Notes under the pieces: model-generated
Databases searched by the model: none
Told to the model about the DNA's origin: nothing
The model's input: the letters and a program-made list of their open reading frames with translations, nothing else
Shown: in pieces, positions 1 to 15,884 of the stretch
How positions within the stretch are numbered: the stretch's first letter is position 1
Layout of the letters: every line of letters begins with the position of its first letter
NCBI GenBank assembly: GCA_958009085.1
Contig: OY253690.1
Location: 310,001 to 374,000, forward strand
DNA: 64,000 nucleotides
Direction: 5' to 3'
DNA from: Protoeuglena noctilucae
Lineage: Eukaryota
Program-made: the position numbers and the translations under genes

Positions 1-1835
1 CCCGGGCCAAAGAGCTTGTGCACCTTGGGGCAGCTCTGCGTGCCCCACCCCATGGCCGCCACCGCCTGGGCGCCGCCTGCCTTGAGGATGTGAGTGACGC
101 CCGCCTTCTTGGCACAATACAGGACCTGGGAGGGAGATGAGAGGGGAGGTGAGTGAGTGAGTGAGTGGGTGAGTAAGTGACGCCCGCCTTCTTGGCACTA
201 TACAGGACCTGGGAGGGAGGGGTGTGAGTGAAGCTGTGAGTGGGCGAGGATGTGCGTCACGCCTGCCTCGCACTCTGCCCTTTTCCGCCCCCACTCAATT
301 CAGGCGACACGCCCCACCCTTGTACCACCCCCACCGACCCCACCTCACCTCCACCAGACATGCTCCCACTATGCCCCTCTGTCATCCCCCCCTCATCAAC
401 CCCTTACTCACCTCCGGCGATATGCTCCCGTCCTGCCTGGGCGGCGTGGCCATCACCACCGTGCGGCACCCCGCGATCTGCGCAGGCACCGCCAGCATGA
501 GGGCCGAGGAGGGGAGCACGGCGGTGCCACCGGGGACGTACAGGCCCACGCTGTGAGGATGGGGGGAGTTGGTGAGTGAGTGAGTGAGTGAGTAAGGTGA
601 GTGAGAGGGAGAGTTGGTGTGCGGGTGAGTAGGTGAGCGGAAAGTGAGGGAGTGAGTGAGAGTGGTAGTTGGCGAGGGCGAGGAGCGAGGTGCCCCGCCA
701 CCACCTGTGTGCCCTGATATCAACTGTCCCATCCATCACCTCCACACCGCACCACGACTGCCCCCCTCCCCTCACCTGGTGATGGGCCTCGCCACGCGCT
801 TGCATGTGACCCCCGGCATGGTGTGCACGTCCTTGGTCTCCGTCATCTGTGACTCGTGGAATGCCTTGATGTTGGCATAGGCCACGTCGAAGGCCTCGCG
901 GACGTCGTCGGGGAGGGAGGGGTCGGGGAGATCAGAGGGCCTGGGGGTGGGGGTGGGAGAGGGGTAAGAGTGAGCGCAGCAGGGGGTATGAGGGGTGAGA
1001 GAGGGGGGTGGGGGTGAGGGCCGCGGGGTTGCAGAGGGGTCCGGGAGATCAGAGGGCCTGGGCGTGGGGGTGGGAGAGGGGTGGGGGTGTGAGCGTAGCG
1101 GGGGTGTGGGCGCAGCTGTGGCTTATGAAGGGTGGGGAGAGGGGTGGGTGAGAGTGGGCAGGGAGGGGTGCCGGTGGTGGCACGGAGCGAAGACGGCATA
1201 GCATGCGTGGAGGTGGTCCAGACCAGGTGCACCACTGCACACTCCGATGAACACTCACCGCACCACCAGCTCGTCCAGGTCCGCCTTGTCGAACTGCGGG
1301 GGATACAAGCAACCTGGCATGATATCACTGAAAGCCAAATGCACACTTCACAGCCCCGCAGCTGTCGCGGCCCGGCTCTATATCCACAAACAAAAGCCCC
1401 GCTCGCCTTCTTGGTGTACTCCCGCACGGCGTCGTCGCCCCGGAGCTTGACCTGCTCGATGATGGGAGCCACCACGCCGAATATCTGCGTCAGGTCAATC
1501 CGCGGGCGCTGCAGCGCGCGGCGGAGGTCTGCGTCGGACAGCGTCCGCGCATCCAGCGTGCGGATGGCCGAGCCCGTCCCTGCGGCAAGCGGGCGAGCGA
1601 GGAGGCGTCAGGGATCCGCGGCGAACCGTGCGCAGGTCGATCGGCAAGGACCGCGGCCCAACCGGCTGGCACCACCCGCGCTTCGCGTCGCATCGGCCCC
1701 GCCGGGCGCGGCGGCCGCGAGCCCGGCCGACCAGAACGCGGGTCGGGGTGCGACTCTGGAGCACGGCACAAGGGACATGCCGGTCGAAGGCGCGGCGCGG
1801 CGCTCGCCTGGCTCGGATGCCACAGCCCCCGCCAT
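1..1835 (-). CDS. HISN8: Histidinol dehydrogenase, multi-exon; 3' part lies outside the window
   Basis: Spliced exons read [45 protein letters not shown]|...[17 protein letters not shown]...|[29 protein letters not shown]...|[42 protein letters not shown]. The start at 1835 (transit-peptide-like exon) is tentative. Confidence 0.93.
149..662. repeat. Intronic (GAGT)n / (ACTC)n low-complexity tracts, recurring in PP2C introns
   Basis: gtgagtgagtgagtg at 149-176 and 572-662; ctcac arrays at 3930-4070. Confidence 0.7.
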
Positions 1836-3063
1836 GACGCGGCCCCTCCCCTGGCGCCTTGCCGCGAGTCCTCGGGGCCGGACCCCACACCCGCACGCAG
1901 GGACGCGACCGCCAAGCACGGCCAGCGTGGCGGGCATGCTCGGCGCGCCCCAGAACCCGGACCGAACGCGAGCGGCGTGCGTCTCGGCCAATCCGCTGCA
2001 GGTAATCGCTCCGGCGATGTCAGGCTGGGCCGAGCCACCGCGAGCACTCGTGTGGATGAGATATCCCCCGCCAACGGGCCTGCGAGCGCAGATCTCGCGC
2101 GCGGCCACGACCTGGGGAGAGCCCCGGGGTCTTCCCCGGACGCTGCCCCCGCGAGGACGACCGATCGCAGGCCCAGTCGGCCCGCTCCCATTCCGCGCGA
2201 TACGTCGACACGCGAATCGCAGCCCTCGCGCCCAGCCCGGCCCCCGGCGCGCGCCTGTCGCTCCAAACGCCGTTCGGGCCGCGCGGCGACGCCGCCCTTG
2301 ACCTCGCGCATCGGATCCGGGACGTGACCTGCGAGACAGAGGGACAGGAGGCGAGCAGCAGCGGCCACGCCAGCCCGGCACGCTCGGCTAGGCCGGTTTT
2401 CAAATGGCCTGCGAGCTCCCGCGCTCAACGATACGATGGTTTGGATCCCGGCGACCGGGACGGCTCATCGCGGCCCCCCTCCGCGCGCACGGGTCGTGGG
2501 ACCGCGTTCAACGGGCTGTCAGCCCCCGCGATTCCGCTGTCCCGACGCGGAGCGCGCTATCCTTGCTGTTTTCTCTTCTGGGATGGAGCGGCCGTGCCTG
2601 CCCATCCCCCCCGGGCGCCGTCTCCGCGGGGCAGGGGCAGGGCCGGCCTTTTTGGTGCTGGGGCCATCCCGCGGATCGTTTGGAACTATCTGGCGCGTCG
2701 CCGTCATGATGGGGTCCCCATCTGCCGGCTCGGGGAGCGGGACGCCGCCAGGGCCCCGCGGGCCGGCGGGGGAGCGCCGCAGGGCCTTGCCGCGCGTCGG
2801 GCCTTCCCCTGTGCGCGCCCCGCCCCGGCGCGGCTCCCCGGATTTCGACGCTGCGCTTTCCGATCGACTGCATGCCGCCGCGCTCGCGCCCCGCCCCCGG
2901 CCGCCCGCGGCGTGGCGCGCGGCGGCAGCGTGCCGGTCGGCGAGCGTGCCTGCCCCGAAGCCCCGCGCGAGGTTCCCCCTCCCTGCCTCCCCCCGCAGGC
3001 GTGGTCGCCCGTGGCTGGGGATATTCGGTGGCCCCTACGGGGTAGTGAGGGTCGGGCGGCGCG

Positions 3064-5374
3064 ATGGGAGCCTATCTCAGGTGAGCAAGGTTCACGCAAC
3101 AACCGCCCCGCCTGCACTGGCCGCCTTCCCGGCGCTCACGGCATGCCTCCGATGCTGGCTTGCATTTCAACCGCTCCTCTGCTCGACCCCGCGTCGTTTA
3201 AAGACGCCGCAAAAGCGGTCGCCACCAGCCCACCCCCTGCAGTCGGGGTGTGCGATGCGTCATGTGACTCAACATCACCTCAATATCTCACCCCCCTCCC
3301 CCTCCCCACAGCGCTCCCGTCAAGACCAAGGACACGTTCCAGGGCGAGGGCGAGAGCGTGGTGTTCGGGGGCGCGTCCATGCAGGGGTGGCGCCGGACGA
3401 TGGAGGACGCCCATCTGTCGGTGCTGGGCGTGGGTTCTCCCGACACGGACTTGTTCGGGGTGTTCGACGGGCACGGGGGCCCGGAGGTGGCGCGCTTCTG
3501 CCAGCAGTTCATGAGCCAGGAGATCGCGCAGTGCGACGGCTTCAAGCGGGGCGACATGGGGGCGGCGCTGGTGCAGGTGTTCCACCGCATGGACGACATG
3601 CTCGTCAGCAACCAGTACGCGTGAGTGGGTCACTGTGGGGATGGTTGATGGGGTCACCATCCCATCGCTCCTGTACCCCCACCCCCTCCCCTTCAGTGCC
3701 CCACTCTTGCATCTCATATCCCCCATACCCCCCTCTCACGCAGCAAGGAGCTCGAGTCGTTTCGGGAGGCGGGCGGCGACAGCGGGGAGGCGTCTGAGCC
3801 CAACCCTATTGAGCTGCTGCGGAAGTGGTTCGACGCCAGGTAAGCGAGTGGATGGGAATGGACATTTGCATGAAGGTGAGGGGATGGATGGGAGCAAGTC
3901 AGTGGCACACTATCACCCCCACTGCCACCCTCACTGCCACCCACCGCACCCTCACCCTCACTGCCACCCCCTCACTCACCTTCACTCATCCCACTCACTA
4001 CCTCACTCACCCCCACTCACACCCCCACTCACCCTCACCCACACGCACCCACACTCACCCTCACTCCCCGTCACCCCCAGGCGTGACGGGGAGTCGGACG
4101 GCGACGGCCCCTCCCCCGCCGACGCCCCCCCCACCGAGGCGGAGCTGCAGGCGGGGTGCACGGCCGTGGTGGCACTGCTCAAGGGCACGAAGCTGTACGT
4201 GGCCAACGCGGGGGACAGCCGCGCGGTCATCTCCAAGGCAGGGGTGGCGGAGGCGCTGTCAATCGACCACAAGCCCACGCAGGCGAGCGACGGGTGGGGT
4301 TGACGAGTGACAGTGCGCTTGGTTGGTGCTGGTGTGAGAGAGACGCAGGCGAGTGTTGGTGGGGTGGGAGGCGCTGTCGGTCGACCACAAGCCCACGCAG
4401 GCGAGAGGGGCATGGGATGGGGTGGGGGGCTGGCACCGCACTTGCTCGGTACTGCTGGTACTGCTGTCTTGGTACTGCTATAGCACTGAATGACTGAGAA
4501 CTGATACGACTCAACTGTTTTACCAATCGAGACACCACCACCACCAACTCACTCCCATCCCTCCCCTCTCCCCCAGGATCGTGAGCGCGACCGCATCGTG
4601 GGCGCGGGCGGCTTCGTGAGCGAGATCGGGGGCGTGGCGCGCGTCAACGCCAACCTCAACCTCTCCCGGGCCATCGGGGACCTCCGGTACAAGACGAATC
4701 GTGCTCTGTCCCCCAGCGAGCAGATCATCACGGCCGAGCCGGACGTGACGGTGACGGAGCTTACCCATGAGCACGAGTTCCTCGTCATGGCGTGCGACGG
4801 GGTGTGGGACGTGATGAAGAACCAGGAGGTGAGGGAGAGTGTGTGTGGGTGTGAGTGGCAGTGTGGGACGTCATGTCACCAAGAACTGCTTAGGTGGTGG
4901 ACTCTATGCGTGACTTCATGCAGAATGCGTTCTCCACCCTCAACCCTTCCCCCCCAACCCCCCCCAGGTGGTGGACTTTGTGCGTGAGCGCCTGGCCACC
5001 CCCACGCGCCCGGGCAAGACGGCCGAGGAGACGTGCTGCGACCTCCTGGATGCGTGCCTCGCCAAGGACCCCAAGGTGGGTGTGTGTGTGGGTGTGTGTG
5101 TGTGTGTGTAGGTGTATGTGGGGGTGTGTGTGTGGGGGGGGGGGAGAGGGAGAGGGAGAGAGATGAGAGACAGAGAGTGGTGGTGATGCATGGATGTGCG
5201 CGTGACTGCTTAAACTTGCTGGTACGCGTGCCTGGGGAATGGTGAGTGAGAGAGCGCTCCACCTCCCCACCCCCACCCCACCCACCACCCCCTCCCCCCC
5301 AGGAGTCCCGCGGCATCGGCTGCGACAACATGACGGCCATCATTGTGCAATTCCGACACGTTGCCAGGAGCTGA
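3064..5374 (+). CDS. Protein phosphatase 2C (MGAYLS/PPM1G-like), multi-exon
   Basis: MGAYLS|APVKTK...[35 protein letters not shown]...[45 protein letters not shown]. Stop at 5372-5374. Confidence 0.95.
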
Positions 5375-5882
5375 CGCGTCTGCACCCGAGATGGCGTTGA
5401 GCTTTGGGGCGCGACGCGCGACGTGGGGTGGGGCGCGCAGCATGTGAATATGAGTAGCGTTATGGCCGGCATCCATTCGGAGGGCTGCCGCGAGCGTTTT
5501 TTGAAACGTAGAGGGTCGCTGGAAGACGGTGATAGCGACAAGCCACCCTAACGTCAAGCGATAACCGATGGACGACTGTCAGAGCTTGTACAAGGAAGCA
5601 AGCCAGGTCAGCTCCTGGTGACTTGCTACGACAGCGTACAAGGGGGAGAGATGGCACGCGTGGTCCCTCTTCCTGTGACCCAGCAGGGCTGAGTGTGCGC
5701 GTCCAACTCTCTCCATCCATGCTTGTCCTGACAAGACAGGATCTCTGCCGTTCAACTGGCGCGATGCTAATCAGTCCGTGGGGTGGGTGGCTGACGCCGT
5801 GGGGACCACGCCCCCGGCACCCCGCGTCGTGCGGGGCCGCCGACCCATGAGCCCCATGCCCGCGCCGGTGTCGGTGCACTGC

Positions 5883-8802
<2,920 letters not shown>

Positions 8803-9041
8803 CCCGTTTTCCCTTGGACGTACACCGAGGGGTCTCGGCCGAATCGACGCCGGCGGGGGCGAGCGCCGCTTCTTGGGGCGCGAGAGCGTATCCCGGGAAT
8901 GCCCCAGGGCACACCCGCCCGATCTCGAGTCGCGGCCGATCGTTCAAAAGGCACGCACTGTAGTTCACGACACCAAGTAATGCGCGGCGGGACAGCGGAG
9001 CGATACCGCCGAACGCCCGTGGGTCCGCGGCGAGCCCCGCG

Positions 9042-11615
9042 TCAGGCCTTCCCGCTGCCCCAGGCGAAGAGCGAGCTGACGCGCTCCAGGACGCTCCCCG
9101 CGATCCCCGCGTCGTGCTTGGACATGTTCGGGTACCCCACGTGCGGCAGGAGGGTGTCGAGGAACACGGGCCGCTCGTGCTGCAGCAGGTCCATCGGCAG
9201 CGGCACCTGTGGACCCTGCCGATGCCCGGGGGCGGTCTCCGAGGCCGCGGTGTCTCGCGATGCGGCCGCCGCCAACGCCGCGGCCCTGCAGACAGCGCGC
9301 CGGGTCAGATGAGAACCTGTGACCCCGCCCTGCTCGCGCCGCTGCGCATCATCATCGTGCCCCGCTTGCGCCTCGCCTGAGGGCCCGGTGCGCGTCGCGC
9401 GCGCTCCCCACGCCGTCCAGGGCCAGCCCCGCCTCCACCTCCGCCCCCAGCGCCCTCAGCACGGCCACCCCGCGCGCCCCCCAGCCCTTGCTCACCACCC
9501 CCGCCGCCAGCAGCACGTCCCGTACCGCCTGCGGAAGGAGCCGAGATACGCCTGGTCAGTCATGTGCCCGCCGCGCACAGCAGCACCCCACGCACACAGT
9601 GGCACCCCCTTGCATAGGATCAAGTCCCACACAGACCCCAGGCCTCGCCCCGCCCGGCCCAGGTATGCTCGGCCACGCCGCCAGTCCCACCTGCCCCTCG
9701 GCTGCCTTGCCCTCCGCCTCCTCGATGAGCGCCTCCCCGAACCGACCCCCCACGTCGTGCCCCAGCCCCTGCAGCTCCGCGCCCAGGGACGCCAGCTCCG
9801 ATGCCGCGCGCACCCCGCACTCCACCGACCGCTGCACGCGGCGCGAGGAGCCACCCGGCACGGACGGCCCGCTGCCCTGCAGGCCACGAGCGGTGGACTA
9901 AGTGTTTAGCACACAAGTCGACGGACACAACAGCCTGGTCTGCCAGGGCCTGTGCTGGGCGTCACGGTCACCCACCCCCGTCAAGCGAGGCCCTCACCCG
10001 GGCGAGCCCCACGGGCACCTCGGCCATCACCTCCGCCAGCACCGCGCGCGAGCGCGACTCCGCGGCGTCGGCTGCCAAGCCGCGCGCCACCGCCGCCACC
10101 TCCCGCGGCACCGCGCGGCCCCCCAGGTCCACGCCTGCCCTGACCGCATCCGCGCACTTGCGCAGCCGCTTGAGGAGGTGCGCGTCCGGAGGGGCCGCCC
10201 CCTCGCGCCCCCGCTTGGCGGACTGCGCGCGCTCGGCCTCTCCCAGCAGCGCCGGCAGCCGTGGGTCCACGTCTGCCATCGACGCCGCCACCGCCACACG
10301 CCACGACACGCTCTGCGTCACGCCCTCCATGCCGACTGCCCTGCGCGCGGAACGAAGATAGAGTTAGGTCGTCAGGCACTAGAAGGAAACATGCTGGGTG
10401 TGCGGCTAGGGTAAAGCAACGGCCCTCAGCCGCGTTGCCCTGCTCTGCTCAGCGCATGCCACAGGGCGTGCCGTGGCACTGCTGGGCTCTGGCCGGTCGA
10501 CCATTGCCAGCCAATGAGAGCACTGGTAATCAACGCGGCAGTCCACGCCGCCCATGCCACGGAGGCATGCGCACCCGTCCTCCGTTGCTGGGATCGTGTC
10601 CGGGACCCCCGCCGAGGTGCCCGTGCGCCTCTCGCAGAAGCGCACGGCGGGGAGGAGCTTGGCACGGAAGGACGACAGCGACGACCACGACGATCCCTTC
10701 CGCTCCGACGACCTGGGGCGGGCATTCATGGTGTTGAGTGCAGCGACACAGATGCCTCCCAGGCATGTATCGCAAAAGAGTGGCGCCACGATCCGGCATT
10801 GTATCCGGCTTCTGCGTCTGGCGCTCGCCTGCTGATGGCGTCCAGGGCGCGGACCGCCTCCGCCAGCCGGGACAGAGCGTCTGCGGTCGCATCCCCGCAC
10901 GCCATCTGCGACCGGCCCTCGCACGCCAGGGCGTACGCGGCCCCCTCGCGCCTCGTCTCCTCGTCCGCGCCCACCTCCGCGAGGTCTGCGGGGGGGCGCC
11001 GGCGGTGATGAGCGCCGCGTAGGGCGAGTCACAACAGTCCATCTTCCCTGCGCAGCAGCCCGCACCGCACAGGTCCCGGGCGTGCGCCGCCGCCTTCTTC
11101 AGCTTCTGGGACACGCGATGCTTAAAGGAGCCGGCCTCCACGGCGCCCTCCTCGCGGCGCAGGATCTCGGCGCGCGCCCAGGCCCGCTCAGCGCGGAGCA
11201 GGTGGACCATCTGCGGCCGGGGGTCGTCGCCCCGGGCCTCCACCGCCCTGCAAGAGACCGCAAAGCATCACAGGTTCGCGCACGTGCGCGAGCTCCTTCG
11301 AACGCCCCACGGCGCCACCCTTAGCCCGCCCCTCTGCACCTGCGCACGAACTTGCTCCGCCCGTGGTTGATCTTCAGGCCGCGGTACAGGCGCCGTAGCC
11401 TGGACGTGCAGAACTTTGCATAGCGGTGGTAGTCCTCGTACTGCAGCTCCAGAGAAGCAAGGGAGGTCACACAACTAGCGACGTTGCACCAACCAGGCAA
11501 GTCTGCGCGCTGAGCCCACCTTGAGGCCATGCTGGTCCTGCCAGTCATTCACGGATTCAAAGACCTTCAGGAACGCTGGGGCGCTTGGTGGCCCCGCCTC
11601 CTCCGAGGCATCCAT
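9042..11615 (-). CDS. SRP68: Signal recognition particle subunit SRP68, multi-exon
   Basis: N-terminal QHGLK|YEDYHRYAKFCTSRLRRLYRGLKINHGRSKFV, LLRAERAWARA, LPAVRFC and VSWR. C-terminal RPVFLDTLLPHVGYP...VSSLFAWG resembles the SRP68 tail. Confidence 0.85.
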
Positions 11616-12286
11616 GACAGTGTGGGTTCTCAAGCGGCTGTTGCTGTGAGTGTGTGGGCCCGCGCGATGCCGAGAAGGCCGGCAGAAGAACAGCACCGCG
11701 CGACATCGAGCCAGCCCGGCGTAAAAGAAGAAGTAGATCGCGCCAAGCTCTATTGCACCGCACTCTGTAGGTGGGGAAAAGTGCCCGTGCCGGAGAAAAA
11801 GTTTCACGCGCATTGCGCGAGGGAGCAATGCCACGGCGGACGGGCGCCAGTCCGGCGATCAAGTCCTCAGCGGGATTGACGGAACGCGTCGCGCGACGGC
11901 GGACGACGCGGCGGCGCCGAACGGGTCCTGCAGGGCGGCGCGGCGACCGCGCGTGCTGCGGACGGCAGCTTTGAAAGGGGATAATGCGAGTGGCGGCGGC
12001 CGCGGGACGTCCGCGGCGCGGCAGACGCAGCGCGGAGCTGACTGCAGTGGGGAGGGATCGCACGCACTCCGCGGACGATGGCGACGACCTCGCGGCGGCG
12101 ACGTGTCCGTTATGACGGGCGGGATCGCACCGCGCGGGACGCGAGGTCCCGGACGTCCCGGCGACCGAGTGTCAGGGGCGGGCAGCGATGCCGTGCCGCA
12201 GCGTTCAACGGGGGCGATCCCGGCGGCTACCGGCGCCGTGCGACGCGCGAGCGGCTATGCGTGGGCGAGCCGCGACGAGCACAGGG

Positions 12287-12650
12287 TCACGGCGCCGCGC
12301 GGAGCGCGGCCAGCGACGCGTGGGCCGGGCGCATGTGGCGCATCGCGTGGAGGACCTGGACGATCTTGAGGTCGACCCCGCGGGCTCGGAAGATCTGCCT
12401 GAACTCCGCCCTGCTGTGCCTGACGAAGTGCAGCTGCGCGGCCGACTGGACGCGCGACATGGCCACGTACGCGTGGCCGCTGGCGAAGCGCCCCGCGAGG
12501 TCGAGGAGGACGTCGGTGGCGCACGTGCTGCCCTGGGCCTTGTGCACCGTCATGGCGAAGACGGCTCGCAGAGGGAACGCCTCCACCTTGGCATGGCTCG
12601 TCGTGCACGCGGAAGTGGAAGTCGCGACGCGTGATGGGGGTCATATGATG
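12287..12650 (-). pseudogene. PIF1-family helicase C-terminal fragment (Helitron-like remnant)
   Basis: FPLRAVFAMTVHKAQGST...GHAYVAMSRV (PIF1 motifs V/VI). The upstream ITRRDFHF segment is in another frame and no N-terminal motifs are seen. Confidence 0.7.
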
Positions 12651-13638
12651 GTCACACGAATCCCATCCTGGTGAACGCCGGTCGCCCCACTTGGGACACA
12701 CTTGCCATCCGCAGTACCCACAGTCCACCTGGAAAACTAGTCAGGCAGGGTTGACACCCCCAACTCTGGCCCGTACACGCCATGGCTGTCGGGCTGACGG
12801 CACGAATCGCATACTTATACAGCTGGTTGTCATAGACGACGTTCGTGCGCTTGTCCACCACGTGTGTCTCCGTGCCCGGCAGCCGAAACGACACCGACAC
12901 CAGGGGGATGCACAAGTACTGGCCCGCCTTCACGACTGACGCATGCCTCCTCAAGGGCATCTTTGTGCCCGACGAGAACATCAACCCTTTCAACACCCTC
13001 ACCAACGACGGACGCGAGCAAAGGTGCGCGCAGCTTCCCTTTGCAAACCCGCAGCGCACAGCCGCTCACACTACGACAGACGCTACCCCCTATTCCCCCA
13101 AACCCCAGGCATCACCTCCCTCATCGAGGTCGACAAGAGGTACCGCATTAACACCTCCGCTTTCCAGTCCTCGCCGAGCCCCAACCAGAAGAGCCTCCTC
13201 TTGCGCCCACGGCGCGACCAAGGCCGACGTGGACCGCATCCTCACCGAGATGACCCACGACGCCGCCACGCCCAAGGCAATCCACGACCTACCCCTGACC
13301 CGCGATGACGCTGACGATGACTGACGCGTATGCCACTGCATGCCTAGCCCTGCTGCTAACCTCCCATACACGCAATTGACCCTCAAAACCCACATCCTCC
13401 TTCATAATCCCTCCTGCGCGACTAAGCCGGGGGCCTGGGCCCCCCGGTCCTGATGTCTAAGAAGTGGATGTGGATGTGGATGTCAGGGCCCTCGCCAGTG
13501 TCTGTGACGGACGTGCCAGCCTCTAGACGGGGTGCACAATACCTGATTACGCCAGATCCTCGAGGGCACATCATTCCGCGTGCTCACATCATCACCAAGT
13601 GCTTCCACATCACTAAAGCCGCTGGACATAGGGTTTAG

Positions 13639-15636
13639 CTAGTGCTCATTTGGGCCACCACAACATGCCATGATGCGCGCCAGCAGGAAGGCTAACTCGT
13701 GGCTCACAAGCTCCCAATCCAGCGAGGTTGGGCCAAATGTTTGCATACCGTAGACAGACTCTCGCCGCGACCCCCGCCGGTACGGATGCGGGTTGCCCTC
13801 CTGCACCCCGCTGTACAGGTGCCCGCTGATCTCGCTCAGCATCTGATAATCGTAGAAGTGCCAGTCGGCCGCAAACAGCTCCAGCACCGCCCCGTGCGGC
13901 GGCATCCACAGCAGGTTGGTCAGGCCGTTGCCGTGCACGCCCACCATGAGGTCGACCCTGGCCGACAGCCGCACCTGCTCCTCCACCGTCATGGCCTCGA
14001 ACCGCACCACCTCAAGCGCCACCCCGTGCTCCTCCAGCATCACCGACGCCAGCCGCGCCAGGTCCTCGTCGCCCAGCTCCCGCAGGCTCATGGCGCGCCG
14101 CACGTACACGGCGCGCACCTCGCCGGGGCTCGCGGGCCGGGGCCGGGGGGACGCGCCGGCGGCGGCATGCACGGCGGCCAGGAACTCCGGGAACCACGCC
14201 CCCACGACGCCGACCGAGTGCTCCAGGTGCTTGTTGAGCCTGGCCGCCGACAGCGGCGGGTTGGCGCCGATGCCGTCCTTGGACGCCACCACCGCGGCGA
14301 AAAGGTGGACGCGGCCCTCCGTGACGATCACGGCGCCAGGGAAGAGAGCTGAGACGAAGAAGTCGTGCAGACGGGCATTGTACGAACTGGGGTCCACCAC
14401 CACGACCAGGGGCTCACGACCCGGCCCGTATTCCCGGGTCCAGGCGTAGAGACCCAGGAGACACTCCATGATGTGGTAGTAGTGGCCATTGCAGAAGGGG
14501 TGCTTGTGCAGGAAAACGATGCCAAAGTCGGCGTTTAATGCCACGTCATTGGCGCCCGCTTCCGAGAGCCAGAGGTCTTCTTGAAAACAGAAAACCTGGT
14601 CCGGCTCATCTCCACCCCTCGGATAGCTTGCTGCGAGGCGCCAGTGCGCCGGGGGTGGCTGCATAAGCCCTGCACTCGCCACCTCGTGCTCTGCATCGGG
14701 TAGTCACGCAGGGCACGTCAGACACTGTGCGGGGTGGCGGGAGCGACGCGCATGCACTTTTTGCCCGCTCTTGGCCCGCACCTGCACGACGCAGGAGCGC
14801 CACCCTGTCTGCGGCAGCAGCTCCGGCCCCTGCCCCAGCCAGGAAGGCCGGCACAGCCTCGGCCAGCCGCTCGCCCTCCCACAGGCGGAAGGTCAGGGGC
14901 TGGGCGTGTCCAGGCAAAAAGACGTCGAGTCTGACCAGGGGCATATGGCGGAGCTCTTTCGCCAACGACTCCACGGCGCACATGGCATCCCCTGCCCCAC
15001 ACTGCGGACGCGAGCAGCTTGTGACATGGAACAGACGCTGTTCCACGAGCCTCTCCGAGCCAGCGACGTTGCCTTGACCATCACCTCCGAGAGCATGTCA
15101 TGAATACGCGGCGACGCGTCTTCCCGGAAAAAGACGGGCACCACGCACTCCACTGACTGCTGAACCTGGACCCAATTCTCGACGATGCGTCCCTCCTCCA
15201 CCGCCTACGGTTGGCGTGGCAGCGGAGGGGGATCCACCACACACGCGGGCGAGCGATGCAGTTTGGCACGGGTCGCAGGTGGCCAGCCACATGCAGCGGC
15301 CCAGACCTGACGCACTGCTTGGCGCGCGAGGGAGATGCGTGGGTCCCCGTGTCCCGGCATCGCATCCATGAAGCGTTTGAAAGCGACGTCCAGCATCTCC
15401 GCGCCCACCGGTTCGAAGGAGAAGGTCTGGTCGCCCACCACAAGGCTGGCCTTCAGCGGCGCCCATCCCGCCGCGAGCACGGCGCCCAGCCTGCGCCAAG
15501 GAGTCCACGGGCTCCAGTTTAGGTCTCATCATTCGATGGCAATGCCCAACAGCCTCGGCAGCGCTTCTCACCCGGCATGGAGCAGCAGCAGGAGGGGCAG
15601 AGCACGTGGCAGCTTCTCCCGCGCGGTCGAAGGCAT
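13639..15636 (-). CDS. GT61-like glycosyltransferase with signal peptide (copy 1)
   Basis: NGHYYHIMECL, VYVRR, RFEAMTVEEQVRL..VDLMVGVHGNGLTNLLWMPPHGAVLELF. N-terminal MPSTAREKLPRALPLLLLLHAG. Upstream exon boundaries are approximate. Confidence 0.8.
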
Positions 15637-15884
15637 CAGAAGGCATCCGCGCCGGAAATACGCTTGCGTCGCTCCACGTCTGCGATCCCTGTGCACGCCA
15701 TCTCGGACTCGTGATGTTGAAAAGTCAGAGAACTGCGTGTCAAAAGGCTTCTTATTCTTCGATGCGCTCAGGGCTGTACTTGTGCTCTTCTAGCTTGTGG
15801 TGCCGCTGTGTGGTTGGACGTCGTTCACACGCTGCATCTGGAGCGTCGGGCAGCCGCTCTGGATTAATTGTGTCTGGGGCGAGG

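Noticed and set aside
1840..3060. Many long overlapping ORFs between HDH and PP2C
   Set aside because: Very GC-rich divergent promoter region lacking stops. Translations are Arg/Pro/Ala noise with no motifs.
10713..10828. Apparent 2-nt frameshift in SRP68 relative to its duplicate
   Set aside because: The indel (~10747) lies inside a predicted GC-AG intron, so the coding frame is unaffected.
13629..13640. TAGGGTTTAG telomere-like word (also at 41812 and 46246)
   Set aside because: Only about one unit, and its recurrence is explained by the duplications.
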